Positions 1-43,189 of a DNA stretch of 64,000 nt are shown piece after piece. This DNA is from Octopus bimaculoides. Its lineage: Eukaryota. The stretch lies in contig NC_068990.1 in the NCBI RefSeq assembly GCF_001194135.2, forward strand, positions 30,244,227-30,308,226, written 5' to 3'. Each line of letters begins with the position of its first letter. Position 1 is the first letter of the stretch. The position numbers and the translations under genes were made by a program. Under the pieces are notes generated by a model that worked only from the letters and a program-made list of their open reading frames with translations, searched no databases and was not told where the DNA came from.

Positions 1-231
1 TGTCTTCGAAAGTGTCAGTGGTGGGATGGGGCTTGTGGGGTCGGAGCGTAACCCAGTCCCCCACTTCATCTGTCTATATTGTTTTGTGTGTTGTTTGTTG
101 TAAACATTCGATTTTCGATTTTATTATATTTTTAATTGTTTCATAGTTTTGTAACCCCATACGTGTAATCTGACCCCAATCAGATGTTTTGTCCCTTTCT
201 ATGTTTGGCCCCTAGTGGGTAATAAAGAGAT
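1..231 (+). mobile_element. Probable 3' end of a non-LTR retroposon
   Basis: T-rich 3'-UTR-like sequence ending ...tatgtttggcccctagtgggtaataaagagat. The same terminus occurs on the SINE at 21062-21282. Confidence 0.45.
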
Positions 232-452
232 ATAAATCCAAAAAACACAAAAGTCTTACCTGTAGTTGTACGTCAAAAATTCACGAAACTGGCATTCAGC
301 GACAAAAACACGTCCTCTCGGTAAGCAATGCTACTTGCCACACAGCCACTCCTATCCCGCCAAACAGAAAAAAAAACACAAGTAAAATACAACAACCTGA
401 GGACCTGGTTCATGCAAAGTATTAATAAGACACCCAGAGAAGGAAAGAAAGG

Positions 453-1129
453 GTGTTTTACGTTTCGGCAAAGCTCTTCTTCAGAAACAGGAGACAGAGG
501 AAAGTCCAAAAGAAAAGGAAGACCGAGAGGAAAAAATCACCAACAATTCACACACATCTTCGCTGCCGTCTCGTGGAAGGGGACAACAACAATGGAGAAA
601 TATATTTATACACAAGTGCTGAAATGGGGTCGTGGAAAGACATCATCGAATGATCAAGGCCATGGCAGAGAGGGGCGCATCACACCGCTGGAAACAGTAT
701 TCTGGTACAATATGTCTTCCCGATCAGGACAGGCCGAAGAGTTCATGCCACACAGTGATATTCAGATATGAATGGTGGTATCTGAGTAAACCATCAGAAT
801 GCCCTACGGAAGAGAGAAGTCCTGTCTTCGAGTAGGTGGGAGACGAAGTCTGGGTCAAGCCCCAGAAGGCACGCTACACATGTGGAACCGTGATAGCTGT
901 TAATTCCAAAAATAATGTTTCTGCGGAAGGAACACCGCGTTACGTCTTGGATGTTCGCAGAATTGTCGTTTTGTCGAATGATGAAGGTAGAGGAGAGGAA
1001 GAGAACGTGGCTCCCTCCCTACGGAGATCATTCATAGTGTGTGAGACATCCGACCGGGTAGATCATAACCAGCTAGAAGGAGCAGTCAAACTCCAAACCA
1101 CAATTAGGGATAATTTCGAAAGGGAATGA
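453..1129 (+). mobile_element. Degenerate Gypsy/Ty3 LTR-retrotransposon integrase (frameshifted)
   Basis: Across frames: VVERHHRMIKAMAERG (helix with the catalytic Glu), ITPLETVFWYNMS, and C-terminal GDEVWVKP...GTVIAVNSKNNVS..GTPRYVLDVRR. Matched from recalled family motifs, not a database search. Confidence 0.75.
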
Positions 1130-2495
1130 AAAATAAAAACATTTACCGTCTATTTCCTGAACCAAGGTTTCAAGCTATTTTCAGCAAAATAAAATAATTT
1201 GCAAGGCCTGTGGAGTCGAGCGGCCTACCACGTCGGTAACTCAGTTCCCCACAGACGTTGGCTCCCATTCTGAGTGTAATAGTGATGTGCAGCTCATTCA
1301 GACTGAGTCAAGTGCCACTGTTGGTCACAGGCAGGGCATCAATGCAATCCCCCGAGAATTTCGCTCTTGCGAAAAATAGGTGACATCTTAAAAATTGATC
1401 AGATTGATCAAAGAGAGAGAGTTGAATGTAACACCTGAGTGCAGATTGTCTGTCTCCGTTTGGAAAGGAGAGGATGTTGCCTGCTAGAGGATAGCAAGCA
1501 TTGATGAAAGAAAGAAAACGGGGAAGAGACAGAGAGGAACACTTACAGAGACCTAGTGCTCCCAAACCGTTTGGGCAAAGCATCCTGGTCGCGAGAGTCT
1601 GACATTGACCAAGCATTTGAGTTCCTTGAAGATTAGGTCGTCAAATCGTTAGAGACGACGAGAGTCTATAAAAGGGACTGTCTCTGAGACAAGTAATTCC
1701 AAACTATATATATATATTAAAAAAAAAACCTTGATCGAACTCAATTGCTTTGTTTTTAAACTGTTGATATCTATCAATTGGAATGTTGTAGGAACTACGT
1801 TGGATTTAATCTTTGTTCAGTATTGGTCCAAATCTCCCCTAGCTAAATAACACCACCTAAAGGCGAAGTCTTAGCTATGTTTTGGGGCACCATATCTCAC
1901 TCTTACAAAAGGCTGACGTTTCCACATTGTACAAACGATATTGACGGCGGCATTCGATGGAATAAATTGTCCAAACTTGTTGAGCCGAACTCAGACATTA
2001 ATCAAGGTCTGTCATATCGTTTATTTTCCTTTATTTTATTTCTATATTTGGATCTTTACCCTATTTATGTTCATATCATCTGTGTAGCTCAGTTTTCGAA
2101 CTATTTTGTTTGGTATGGGGAGACCATATAAAGAAAGAGTATCAACAGTATTCTAGTTTAGGTTAAACCAAGCAAAGATTGTAGAAGGATGATGTAAAGT
2201 GTATCTCAGGTGAAGAAAGTTTTGAGAATCTCATTCTGCTATATTTATCGACTGTATTATCGATGTGGAAGCTCCAACTGACAATTACTCACAACTAATG
2301 ATAGAAGACAATCGCCCAAGACACACTACAATTAAATTACCGACTACATGATTCCGAAGCAAACTTCTTAATTATAGACGATATCTGCGCGTACGATTTG
2401 AGATCTAATCTCCTGACATACACATACATAAAAAAAAGAGAGAGAAAGGGGAAAATAAAACCTGGTTGGGGAGGGAGGGCTGGATATTAATAAAA

Positions 2496-2873
2496 TTAGT
2501 TAGTTAGTTGGCACTCCGTCGCTTACGACGTCGAGGGTTCCAGTTGATCCGATCAAAGGAACAGCCTGCTCGTGAAATTAACGTACAAGTGGCTGAGCAC
2601 TCTACAGACACGTGCACCCTTAACGTAGTTCTCGGGGATATTCAGCGTGACACAGTGTGACAAGGCTGACCCTTTGAATCACAGGCACAACAGAAACAGG
2701 AAGTAAGAGTGAGAGAAAGTTGTGTTGAAAGAGTACAGCAGGGTTCGCCATCATCCCCTGCCGGAGCCATGTGGAGCTTTAAGTGTTTTCGCTCAATAAA
2801 CACACACAACGCCCAGTCTGGGAATCGAAACCGCGAGTCCGCTGCCCTAACTACTAGGCCATTGCGCCTCCAC
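2496..2873 (-). mobile_element. tRNA-derived SINE with central core and (CTAA)n tail
   Basis: The minus strand has A-box-like TGGCCTAGTAGTT and B-box GGTTTCGATTCCC. Related copies lie at ~36180-36500 (+) and ~56940-57270 (-). Confidence 0.85.
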
Positions 2874-2879
2874 AATAAA

Positions 2880-2931
2880 ATTAGTAAATAAGCTAGAAAC
2901 GAGAGTAGTGAGAAGAATTTTGCTCTATCAG
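2880..2931 (+). other. Candidate non-coding first exon (5' UTR) of MARS2
   Basis: Consensus donor CAG|GTGAGT at 2931/2932. A possible acceptor (cctttag, AG at 3196-3197) lies 12 nt before the ATG. The exon start is not determinable. Confidence 0.45.
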
Positions 2932-3209
2932 GTGAGTATTTTTCCTCAGGGAGATATTTTCATTTACACCGGTTACTGAAACAAGGGAAATGACTCCAAT
3001 GTGACTTTGTCAGAGACAAGTTCTTGTATTCCGTCTCTCGCTCTCTTCTTAAAAATATATATTTATAAACACATATTTATGTTTCATACATTTATAAATA
3101 ACAATGTTAAGCTTTCTCTCGTTCCCCTGTTACATATACCAGTGTTTAAGTTTGGCTCCTAACAACAACTAATTAATTAAACTAAAGTCACCTTTAGTTT
3201 ATATTCACC

Positions 3210-32134
<28,925 letters not shown>

Positions 32135-33024
32135 AATCTCAATTCAAAACCAACAGAATTTCTCATTTCTATTTCTTCATGTTTTTGTATTTATATTTTT
32201 TATGTTTTCTTCTTGTCAGGTTTTCTACAATATGTACGTCTTATAGAACGTAAGAGAAATAACATCTATAACTCACAAGAATCTCTCTCACAGCTGACAA
32301 TAACTGGTTTCGGTGAAAGTGAAGTATAGAACACTGTGTATCAGAACTAATTGAACCAGAAAATTAAGATTCTTAATTAAAGAATAACAGACCTGTGATC
32401 CATTATTGGTGATGCAGAATATTTATTACGTGAAATTAATTATTTAACAAATTTCACAGTCCCTGGGCAGTAGTCCAGTCTCTTAAAGGTAACTTTCCAC
32501 ATAAAATTTTCATCAATTAAAACTTCTTGGGTTACTCCATTAATTATACTATAAATCGATAAATATATACATGCTACATGTATATTATATACATGTGTGT
32601 GTCATCATCATCGTTTAACGTCCGCTTTCCATGCTGGCATGGGTTGGATGGTTTGACTGCGGACTGGTGAGCCAGAAGGCTCCAATCTGATCTGGCAAAG
32701 TTTCTACAGCTGGATGCCCTTCCTAATGCCAACCACTNNNNNNNNNNTGTGCTCTTCCGATCTAATGATCCGGCTACACTAGCATCGACCACGCTTGAAT
32801 GTTGTTTTTCACGTGCCACCAGCACATGTGCCAGTAGGGCGACTCTGGCAATGATCACGCTCGAATGGTGCTTTTTACATTGCCACCGGCATGGGAGCCA
32901 ATCCGTAGCCCTGGCCATGATCACACTCGGACTGGCATGAGTGCCAATCAGGAGGTACTGTTATCGGCCACGTCAGCAATTTTGATTTGTTTTTGTGTGT
33001 GTGTTTAAATACACACACACACTA

Positions 33025-33536
33025 TGAAGTGGTGAAGCATGACCATCAAATGTTGGGCCTCACAGAGGCAATGCCGAAAGACTGAGACCTCTGGAGATAT
33101 GCTGTGACTGCAAAGACCTGGCAAATAAAGTGAGTTCACAGCTGTAACCTACACCAGTTTCGCATAACCAGCCCCAGCCCATTCAAAAGTACCTTGGATC
33201 ATAGGGTGACATGCCATGCTTGAGGAGACCTAGTGAGTCAAGTATATCAAAATCAAATGGAAATTGTAGTTGTGACACCCGTGCCGGTGGCACATAAAAA
33301 GTACCATCCAAATGTGGCTGATGCCAGCATTGCCTTGACTGGTTTCTGTGCTGGTGGCACGTAAAAAGCACCCACTACACTCTTGGAGTGATTGGTGTTA
33401 GAAAGGGCATCCAGCTGTAGAAACACTGCCAGATCAGACTGGAGCCTAGTGCAGCCTCCTGGCTTCCCAGACCCAAGTCAAACCGTCTAACCCATGCCAG
33501 CATGGAAAGTGGACGTTAAACAATGATGATGATGAT
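33025..33536 (+). mobile_element. RTE-clade LINE 3' end with (GAT)n tail
   Basis: EVVKHDHQMLGLTEAMPKD*DLWRYAV continues into the same 3' UTR. UTR-only copies: ~8939-9135, 12480-12730, 28587-28900(-), 32600-32950(-), 39680-39965(-), 46480-46700, 49480-49852, 54800-54960, 60250-60480(-), 61905-62080(-), 62330-62540. Confidence 0.75.
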
Positions 33537-33959
33537 ATATACATCTTTATGTATATAAATGCACATTTATAATATGTATATTATTTACATATATTGTGTG
33601 GGTGTATATAAATATTCATAGCATAATTAATGGACCAAACCAAGAAATTTTAATTGATAAAAACTGAAAAGTTTCCTTTGAAAGACTAGAGTGCTATCCA
33701 AGAGAAGCTCATCATCAAAGGTGTGTATCTGTAAAATTTGTATGTATAAGATTAAAGTCATAAGATTAAACTCAAAAGATTAAACTCATCAGTTACAACT
33801 CTTTATCTTGCAGAGGTAAAATGTGCAAGCTTCAACATAATTGTGCTGCTATTTGTCAGTGTTTTGAGTTTATTGCAAGGATTAATTGTTATTTGTTTAA
33901 ACATGGAGAGCAATGGAGCAAAACAACTGGTGGAACATCGAACAGAATTCCTTGACGTT

Positions 33960-34620
33960 TATACATGGTGTTTGGGCTAAATTTGAATATTTGCATAAAA
34001 GGAGCCAATCTTAGCTTCTACCATGGCCTCAAGATGGCTCTGGAATCTGGCATGTGTTCCTCACTGTGTACCTGGAAAGATCTATCTTTGGACACCTCTT
34101 TGATCTTGACCACCAGCTTGGCCTTGGTGTTGCTGGCAGAGGGGTTGGTGTCTTTCTCAACCATGCCCTATACTTAGTAATTCATGGGATTACAATCAAG
34201 AGAATTAGGAGACCAGAAATTGGGGTTGGAGAAGTCCTAGAGGTTCTCCGACAACAACTTCTTTCCAGAGGCAGGGCAAAGAACCAAATTCTGCTGCCAC
34301 TGACATGGCCTTTTGGCAGCAACCCTCTCCAGCTAAGATTTGACCAGTCTCTAGCAGCTTTACATAGCCATCTGAATTGAGCCTAAGGCCCTTCTCAAAA
34401 GTGTGGGGCAGCATGACACCACCCTCACTGTAGACACACCCAAACACCATCACAATATGAGGGAACTTGGTTTCCATAATATCTGTGGCATCATATGGAT
34501 GTCTTTACAATGTTCCCAGAGCACTGAGCAGCTGCCATGATGTCAACATTTTCATACTCAGCATGAATCATCATCATCTTACAAGTAACTCTGTTCCAAT
34601 ATTCGGATGGTCTCCGGTCC
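33960..34620 (-). mobile_element. Degenerate Tc1/mariner (DD37D/maT-like) transposase
   Basis: TKFPHIVMVFGCVYSEGGVMLPHTFEKGLRLNSDGYVKLLET, then frameshifted WQQN... and FWSPNSLDCNPMNY. Same family as 63037-63909. Confidence 0.7.
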
Positions 34621-37600
34621 TCCATGTCAATCAGTTATAAAATAACTGATTGATCAGTCACTGATGTTGCAAATAACTGGCAGGCTGTGTAAAAATTCAT
34701 TATTAGAAATGGCAGCAATATTAGAATACCTACTACTACTACTGATGTGCAAATACACAGAAGTCACATGATCTAACAATCCCACCACCGGTGCTGGACA
34801 TTTTTTTGTCTCAGTTCTTTTTAGTGGTATACATGTGTCTGTGAGGCCTTCTCAAGATGAAGGCTGCTGTGTTGTGGCTTTGGACAGACAATCCACTTTA
34901 GGTAAAAGATGCTGATTGCTTATATATATCTTTTATCATTTACTTGTTTCAGTTATTAGACTGTGGCCTTGCTGGGATGCTGCATATAAGAACTTTGAGT
35001 CAAATGAATTGACCCCAGTTCTTATTCTGTCAGTTTCCTTTGCCAAAATGCTAAGTTACAGAGACATAAACATATCAACACCGGTTAGCTTGTCAGGCAG
35101 TGGTGGGGCACAGATACAAAGACACGCACACACACACACACACTAGGCTTCGTCTCAGTTTCCATCTTCAAAATCCACTCACAAGGCTTTTGTTAACCCA
35201 AAACTATAATTGAAGACATTTGCCCAAGGTGCCACACAGTGGGACTGAACCCAGAACCACATGGGTGGGAAGCAAATTTCTTACCACACAGCCACTCTTG
35301 TGCCTACACACACACACACTTTGTCCATTCAGGATTAGAAAACCAAAATGGGTGGGTAACAAAATGGCTGAAAAACAGTGGTTGTGGTATGGTTATGATT
35401 GTGTTGTGTAATGGATGTTGCACTGCTGTGGCGGGGAAAAAGTATCCGTTGTGATGTTGATGTGTTATTTAAACTAAACCGAACAGATTTGTAATCAGAG
35501 ATGTTCCAGCCATGACCATCCTGTCTTTTATGCAAATATAGTGCATCTAGCATAACATTATGCAAATATTTGAAGGATATCTGGCTGCTATTTTTAGCAG
35601 GTTGAGTAACCATGTAGCAACTTCCTCACTGGTGTATGATGGTGGTGGTGAAAATATTTAGAGGGGGTGGAAGGTGTCATTGTGGTGTATTTGGTAGAAG
35701 TTAGAGGTGATGGCAGTGGCAGGGTTAATAACTATAAGAATGTTGATATTGGTGGTGGTGGTGGTGGGGTAAAGGCACACATGGAATGATTTTTTTTCCC
35801 CCAAAACAACAATTGTGCTGCTGTGTAATATATTTAAATATTATGATTCATCAAACTTCCATTCAATGAAATGGTTTTCTCTTTAAACCCCTGCCCCGTC
35901 TCCCATTTTTTTTTTGTGCCCCTTTCTCTTTCTCATCCCTCAAGATATGTCTATCATCTTTGCTTATGGAAAATGTGTGACAAGCAAACACAGACAGACA
36001 TCCACACACCACACACACATTCTCATAACCAAAATATACAATCATTAGAACCATCAGAAAATATTTCTGAAATGTGGAAACCCAAATCAGCTGATCTCCC
36101 TCTTGTTATTGGTTTTTACTGTTGTGAATNNNNNNNNNNNNNNNNNNNNNNNNNNNNNNNNNNGGGGGGGAGGGTGAAGGCTTGTGGCATAGTGGTTTGC
36201 GTATTCAGCTCATGAGTATAAGGTCATGAGTTCGATTCCTAGTAGCACATTGTCCTTGAGCAAGACACTTTATTTCATGCTGCTCCAGTTCATTCAGCTG
36301 GCAAAAGTGTGTTGTACCTGTAATTCAAAAGGGGCCAGCCATATCAGATTCTGAGTCGTGCAGAATCACTCTGAGAACAATGTCAAGGGTGTCTGTGGAG
36401 CCCTCAACCACTTACATATTAATTTCACAAGCAGGCTGTTTCGGTTGGTCAGATCAGCTGGAACCCTCATCATCGGAACCAATGGAGTGCTAGCATGTCT
36501 AGCTGTTTCACAGAAACTATGTTTATGTTTGTGTGTGACTTTAAATTCACATATGTCTGTACACGTATGCTTTAATTCTTATGAAACGCCCATCGTATTC
36601 AACAAATGCTTCCTTGTAAAACTCGCCCACAAGATTCTGGTGATGATTACAAGAACAGGCGAAATGTGATTTGTACTGGCCTAATATCATACAATTTAAT
36701 AGGAGAAAGAATCAATGTTGGTCTGGTTGTTAATTGTTCAAAGACAGAATTAATCTATATAATGCTAATTAAAGTATAGAAAGGGAATTATTCTAAAGAC
36801 TGCAGACCTCTTCAAGTGCTTTGTTTAGAGTTTGGAGAAATAAGTTTTTAAAAAGCAGCACAACCAATGAGCAACTTAAAAATTCTATGGAAGACCAACT
36901 GTCACACAACACATACACAGACACGCACACACAGATAGTAAGATCAATATTACTTTATGGTCATCCACTCTGGCATAAATTCTTAGGAATTAAGTAGAAT
37001 ATAAGGAACTGGATGGCACGATCACAAGAGAGTGAGGAACATGGTTTATGTAAGATTGAGGATAATTTTATAAGATTGTGATGATGGAGGGTGGGGAGGC
37101 ATCACATACGTGAGATAGAAATGTTATTTGGGATGTAATTAGGTGGAGAGCAGAAGACAAAAGAGAGAGAGAGAGAGAGAGAGAGAACATGTGGGTAAGA
37201 AAGGTGCAATAGGAAACAAAGGAGGAATATTGAGTTAAGAGACATGGCACAAGATGGATGTGTTTGGTGAAAATTCATCAAAATTCTATGCATGCCACTG
37301 GAAAAAAAAGAATATTGGTTTCAAATTTCAGGGGAGGGGTAAGTCAATTACATTGACCCAAATGTTCAACTGGTACTTATTTTACTTTAACCCCAAAGGA
37401 TAAAAGGCAAAGTCAACCTTGGCATAATTTGAACTCAGAACATACAAAGACGGGTGAAATGCTAACGATTCTGCCACCCTAGAAGAAGAATATATTAATA
37501 AATTAATTAATGACACTCTATATACCGTTTGTTTGACTGGTAATTTAATTATATAACTTTTTAACTCCATCACTTACTAATGAATACACTATTATGCAAA

Positions 37601-39144
37601 TTGACTCGACCAGTTTAACTAAACCTATGTTTGTGTTTCATATAAATAACTAAACTTTCAATCTCTCCATGCGTAAAGGTAATGGGTGTATGTTCTCTGA
37701 TGAATCTCCAAATAGAGTTCAACTTGCTTAGTTAATATAAGATCACAAACTGTTAATCAGATAAAGTTAGAAACAATGTACCTCACCAATGTCTTTGTAA
37801 CCTCAGATATATTGCCAACTGCCCTCTGAACAATAGATTCTTCAAAAAGGAGCTGGTGTAGAAAGCTGACTTTGACAAGATACCGGAAACATGTCAGTAT
37901 CATTGAGATCACTTTAAAGACTTGGTACATACAACATGCCACCAGAGAACATGGGAAGAAAAAGAAACTCTTTCTTACTTTCAAGATTCAACTGATGGAT
38001 TGTGACATGAGGAATACATCTTTCAGATGTAGTATCGCAGCAAGTGCAAGAAAATACTGTGGGAGTGGGGAGAAAATGAAATCTATGTACAATGAAGGAA
38101 ACATGGTCAACAAAAGAAACCTTTTGCCTGAACACAATCATTCAAACATGTCCCTGTCCTGACTGAGTATCAGAATCAACCTGGTTACCCCACCCCACTA
38201 ATCCCCATCTTATTCTCCTTTCCCTCATGTTCTCTTTTATTTCTCCACTCTCCTCTCCTCTCCCCCCACCCCATCAACCAGCATTCCCTATCACATTACA
38301 ACCCCTTCTACCACAAACATCCTACATCCTGACTGTACCCCTGAAGGACATTGATTTTTGCTTTTGAAGAATATTCTTTGCTTAACCATTTTGCTGACCC
38401 TTCTCACACAGGATGGGCAACAAAAGCATTTCTGCAATACAGCCCTTGTGGTAGGTTTTAGGGAACTAATCCAAAAATACAAACAAGAGTGCTTTGGGTG
38501 GCAGTGCTGTAAATACAAAAGTACAATAGAGCCTGGCAAGCAGGAAGCACAACAAGAGATCTCCACCATAATGTTATGGACTTTTAGTGAACAAACCCAG
38601 ACTTGATCTGCTAAAAGCTTGAAAAAAAGATCTCAAACAGGCAATCACAACAACAACAACTATAAGATGGTGGGGAGGCACAGAACAATTCTGAAATGAC
38701 TCTCAGTGAATAATAGCAATGCCTGGCAGAACCATTTATACATGAACCGTAAACCCACAGGCAGCCAGCCAGCCACACCATAGTTCTTGAATGGTGAGTA
38801 TTAAGAAAATAGTGACAGCACTCTATGGCAGCAGAACCAATACACACAGACACATAAACCATCAGATGCCAGACAACATAATTCATTATTATTGAAAGTT
38901 CAGAGCTAAAAGTTGAGTACAGCTCATGGCACGACACCAAGTACAACATAGAACAACAACGTCTAGACGTAAGTTAAACGGTGGATATATTATATAACTG
39001 CCAAAAGCTGAATCTATCCAACAGAACTTTATAACATTATAACTATTTTGCAGTTGCGTTTTCTATTCACTGCAAATGCACTTCTTTGCAGTTGTTAATT
39101 GTGTGTGTGTGTGTGTGTGTGCGTGCTTCTAATGTAACAGTTGT

Positions 39145-39178
<34 letters not shown>

Positions 39179-40918
39179 CTTCTGTAGCTATCAATAGCAG
39201 ACTTGCTGTGAATATGACTCCAAAACTGTCTTTAATGACAGTTGTGCTTCAGCTAAGAGAAAAAACACTTTTACCAGGCGTTGCTTCCATTTTGGCTGTT
39301 AAAAACCATGTTTTTTGTTGAAAAGGAGACTGGAATTCAGCATCACCGCCCTACACAAGAGCTGTGTCTCTGTTGGACATCTTGGCTTACAATCAGACAT
39401 TTTACTGACTGAATGAATGTTAGCAGACCTGATCTGCTAACAGGAAATCCAAAGTATTGGCATTGAATTCCAATAGTGATTTACATCATAAAGAATATAA
39501 GATCATCCTTTTACATCTGCTTTCCATATTGCTATGGATTAGATGGATTATCAGGATCTGGGTCAGATCTTCTTTGGAGTTCCTGTCCTCTTTCTTATGT
39601 AGATCAGAGGATAGTGTCTTGATCATACATTCCATTTTTGTCAGGATTTCTACAACTGGATGTCCTTTTTAATGCCATCATCCTCATCATCGTTTAACGT
39701 CCGTTTTCCATGCTGGCATGGGTTGGACGGTTCGACTGGGGTCTGGGAAGCCAGGAGGCTGCACCAGGCCCCAATCTAGTCTGGCAGAGTTTTTACGGCT
39801 GGATGCCCTTCTTAACGCCAACCACTCTGAGAGTGTAGTGGGTGCTTTTTACATGCCACTGGCACAGGGGCCGGAGGAGCTGGCATCAACCACGATCAGA
39901 TGGTGCTTTTTATGTGCCACCAGCACAGAGGCCAGTCAAAGCAGCACTGGCATCGGCCATGTTTTTACAAATTGTATCGAGTGTATTTCGTTGTGGAACA
40001 AGCACTTGGGAGGTTGACCTGTCCTCAGCAAGACCACTGAGTGTTTTTCACACTATTCTGTCTCATTCCCTTCACTAGTCACTTGATATAGTATGGTGGC
40101 TGCATTTTAGCAGGCACCCACATTAAAAAGGTTGTCCTGTGCTATGCACAACTGAAGAGTCTTCTCTCCTCTGTGTTGCCCACATTCATTGAAGGAGAGT
40201 GTAGCTTAGAAGATCACTAGAAGAAATAACCGAGGGGAGGGGTGTAAAAAGAAGACAGAATATGAGTATGATAAGAGAAATAGAGACAATGATAGGCAGC
40301 TATACATCAGTTGTTGATAAAGAGATTGAATAGAAAAAAAAACATGAGAAAGGGAGCTATGATAATGATGCAGCGGAGAATGACTAACAAAAAAGGGAGT
40401 AATGTGAATAAAAGACTAAAGAATAAAGACAGGAGAGAGGGAACGAACAAGTGGTGGCTAGCAATAAAGATGGATGACGGTAAGAGAGATTGATGGATGT
40501 CAGCAAAAAATGACATGAGGAGAGAGTGATAAATAATGGCCAAGAGGGACCACTGATGACAGAGCCTATGCCATCTCTAGTTGCTCAGCCAACTGCAGTT
40601 CCTAAGAGATACGTGGATTTAAGCCTGGCACTTATTCTATCAGTCTCCTTTTGCCAAACTACTAAGTGATGGAGATGTAAGCAAACTAACACTGCTTGTC
40701 AAGTTGTGGTGGGGGACACAGGCACAAAGGGACACACATTATATATATAGATAGATAGGTGCAGGAGTGGCTGTGTGGTAAGTAGCTTGCTTACCAACCA
40801 CATGATTCCGGGTTCAGTTCCACTGTGTGGCACCTTCGGCAAATGTCTTTACTATAGCCTTGGGCCAACCAACGCCTTGTGAGTGGATTTGGTAGATGGA
40901 AACTGAAAGAAGCCTGTC

Positions 40919-40952
<34 letters not shown>

Positions 40953-41643
40953 NNNNNNNNNNNNNNNNNNNNNNNNNNNNNNNNNNNNNNNNNNNNNNNN
41001 NNNNNNNNNNNNNNNNNNNNNNNNNNNNNNNNNNNNNNNNNNNNNNNNNNNNNNNNNNNNNNNNNNNNNNNNNNNNNNNNNNNNNNNNNNNNNNNNNNNN
41101 NNNNNNNNNNNNNNNNNNNNNNNNNNNNNNNNNNNNNNNNNNNNNNNNNNNNNNNNNNNNNNNNNNNNNNNNNNNNNNNNNNNNNNNNNNNNNNNNNNNN
41201 NNTATTATATAAATATATGAGTTTGTATACATATGCAAATATAATTTCCATCTGATTGCAAAACGTTTCCATCATTTTGACCTGAGCAAAAATAATCTTT
41301 TGCGAAATCAAGGAATTTCGTTTTTGGTTATTTTCTTTTCTGTTCTTCTGTTAATCTTTTTAATGAAATAAGTTAACGTCCATCCAAATTTAATTCTATC
41401 CAAAAGCTTAAACTGCCCCTTTCAATATCTGAGAACGCACTCAACCATCTCAAAATGCCATCAGTAATTCTGGTTCTCTTTGTGGTTATTTATTTTTATG
41501 ATAAAGAGGATTGTTGATCAAAAAAGACATATAATATATAAACAACAACTAAAAATAAATAAAAACAAGGCATGTTACAAATCATGGAACTGGGAAAATG
41601 AGGCCAAAAATGTTGTTTAGTACATTATTATTATTTATTGTTA

Positions 41644-41689
<46 letters not shown>

Positions 41690-41702
41690 CATTATTATTA
41701 TT

Positions 41703-41990
41703 GCCTTTGCACAGCTTCTAACGCTGGAGATGTACTACAGTGTCAGCTGTTCACTACCAGTGAACTAAGGTAACACCCCTTATTTTTCGAGCACCTTCCG
41801 GAGTATCCGAGCGGTTCCAAGCAGTGCTGTTTTCTGCAAGTGCTCTGCCCTTATTGCAGCCCCTATTTGTTCCACGTACTTCTCGAGATTTTTGCTCACT
41901 GTTCCCAGGGCTCCAACAATTATTGGTACCACTACCACCTTTTTCATCGACCACAACTGCTTAACTTCCAAACCTGTCATATCTCTCAAC
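41703..41990 (-). mobile_element. 5'-truncated R4/Dong-like non-LTR retrotransposon inside a (TAA)n tract
   Basis: LEVKQLWSMKKVVVVPIIVGALGTVSKNLEKYVEQIG...LQKTALLGTARILRKVLEK* (RLE-domain C-terminus), then a short 3' UTR. (TTA)n lies on both sides. Confidence 0.85.
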
Positions 41991-42001
41991 TTTTATTATT
42001 A

Positions 42002-42033
<32 letters not shown>

Positions 42034-43149
42034 TATTGTCATTATTATTAAAAGGCAGCAAGCTGGCAGAATTGTTACTGTGCTAGTGGTATTTTGTCTG
42101 TTTTTATGTTCTGAGTTCAAATCCTGCCGAGGTCAACTTTGCCTTTCATCCTTTTAGGGTCGATAAATTAAATACCAGTTGCATACTGGGATTGATATCA
42201 ATTAGTCCTATCTCCACAACTGCTGGCCTTGTGGAAAAATTTGAAACCATTATCGTCATTATTATAATAATAATAATTATTATTATTATTGTTATTATTA
42301 ATATTGTTTTTGTTGATGTTGATGTTGTTATTTCTTGCTTTGCTAATCACATATTTAGAAGCAGGATTTTCTGTTTGTTTGCTCTTCTTCTCTGAGTCAT
42401 TTAACCAATGGAAGCAGAACTTAATAAACTCTATGAAATAAATGGTTGCCCTACTTACAAAGAATTTGCATAACCAGTGACCTTTAGCTTATTCTATGCC
42501 ATGAAAAGATAATAGCAAATGGTAATTTTTAGCATCAATTATTTTTTCAATGTTGCTGTTGTAATTGTTGTTGTTGCTGTTGTGCCAGTGTTGCAGTCAC
42601 TGTGTATCTAGAACCAAATTATTCAATGCGTCCTTCCTTGTTTTTTAATATGGAAATTTGGTTACTATTTCTGACAGGCTGAACAACCACATGGGGATAT
42701 CCCTCATTAACTCAGATGCTGCTAAATAAAGCAATTGATCTACAGATTTTGGTAAGGCAGCAGACAAAATATCCCTGTCATATTGTATTATGTCCCTCAA
42801 TGTTCTGGGTTCAAGTCTCACCAACACTGATTCTGCCTTCTGTTGATATTTGATTGATTAAACCCCTCCCCACAAAAATTATGGCCTTAGGCATAACTTA
42901 GAAATCATTACACATACATATATATTCTTTTATTCTTTTATTTGTTTCAGTCATTTGATGTGGCCATAGTGAAGCACTGCCTTTAGTCGAACAAATCGAA
43001 ACAAGGACTTATTCTTTATAAGCCTAGTACTTATTCTATTGGTCTCTTTTGCCGAACCCTTGAGTTATGGGGATGTAGACATGCCAACATCGGTTGTCAA
43101 GCGATGGTGGTGGTGGGACAAATACAGACACGCACACACACACACACAC

Positions 43150-43189
<40 letters not shown>

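Noticed and set aside
1260-1700. LTR of the upstream Gypsy element (TATAAAAGGG near 1667)
   Set aside because: No second LTR in the window, no clear TG...CA boundaries and no clear polypurine tract.
32135-32560. MARS2 polyadenylation site
   Set aside because: ATTAAA variants occur at ~32376 and ~32516, but the sequence alone cannot choose between them.
37750-38160. Possible piggyBac transposase remnant or exon of a second gene
   Set aside because: Only a vague resemblance across broken frames and no TTAA/TIR identified. It needs a translated homology search.
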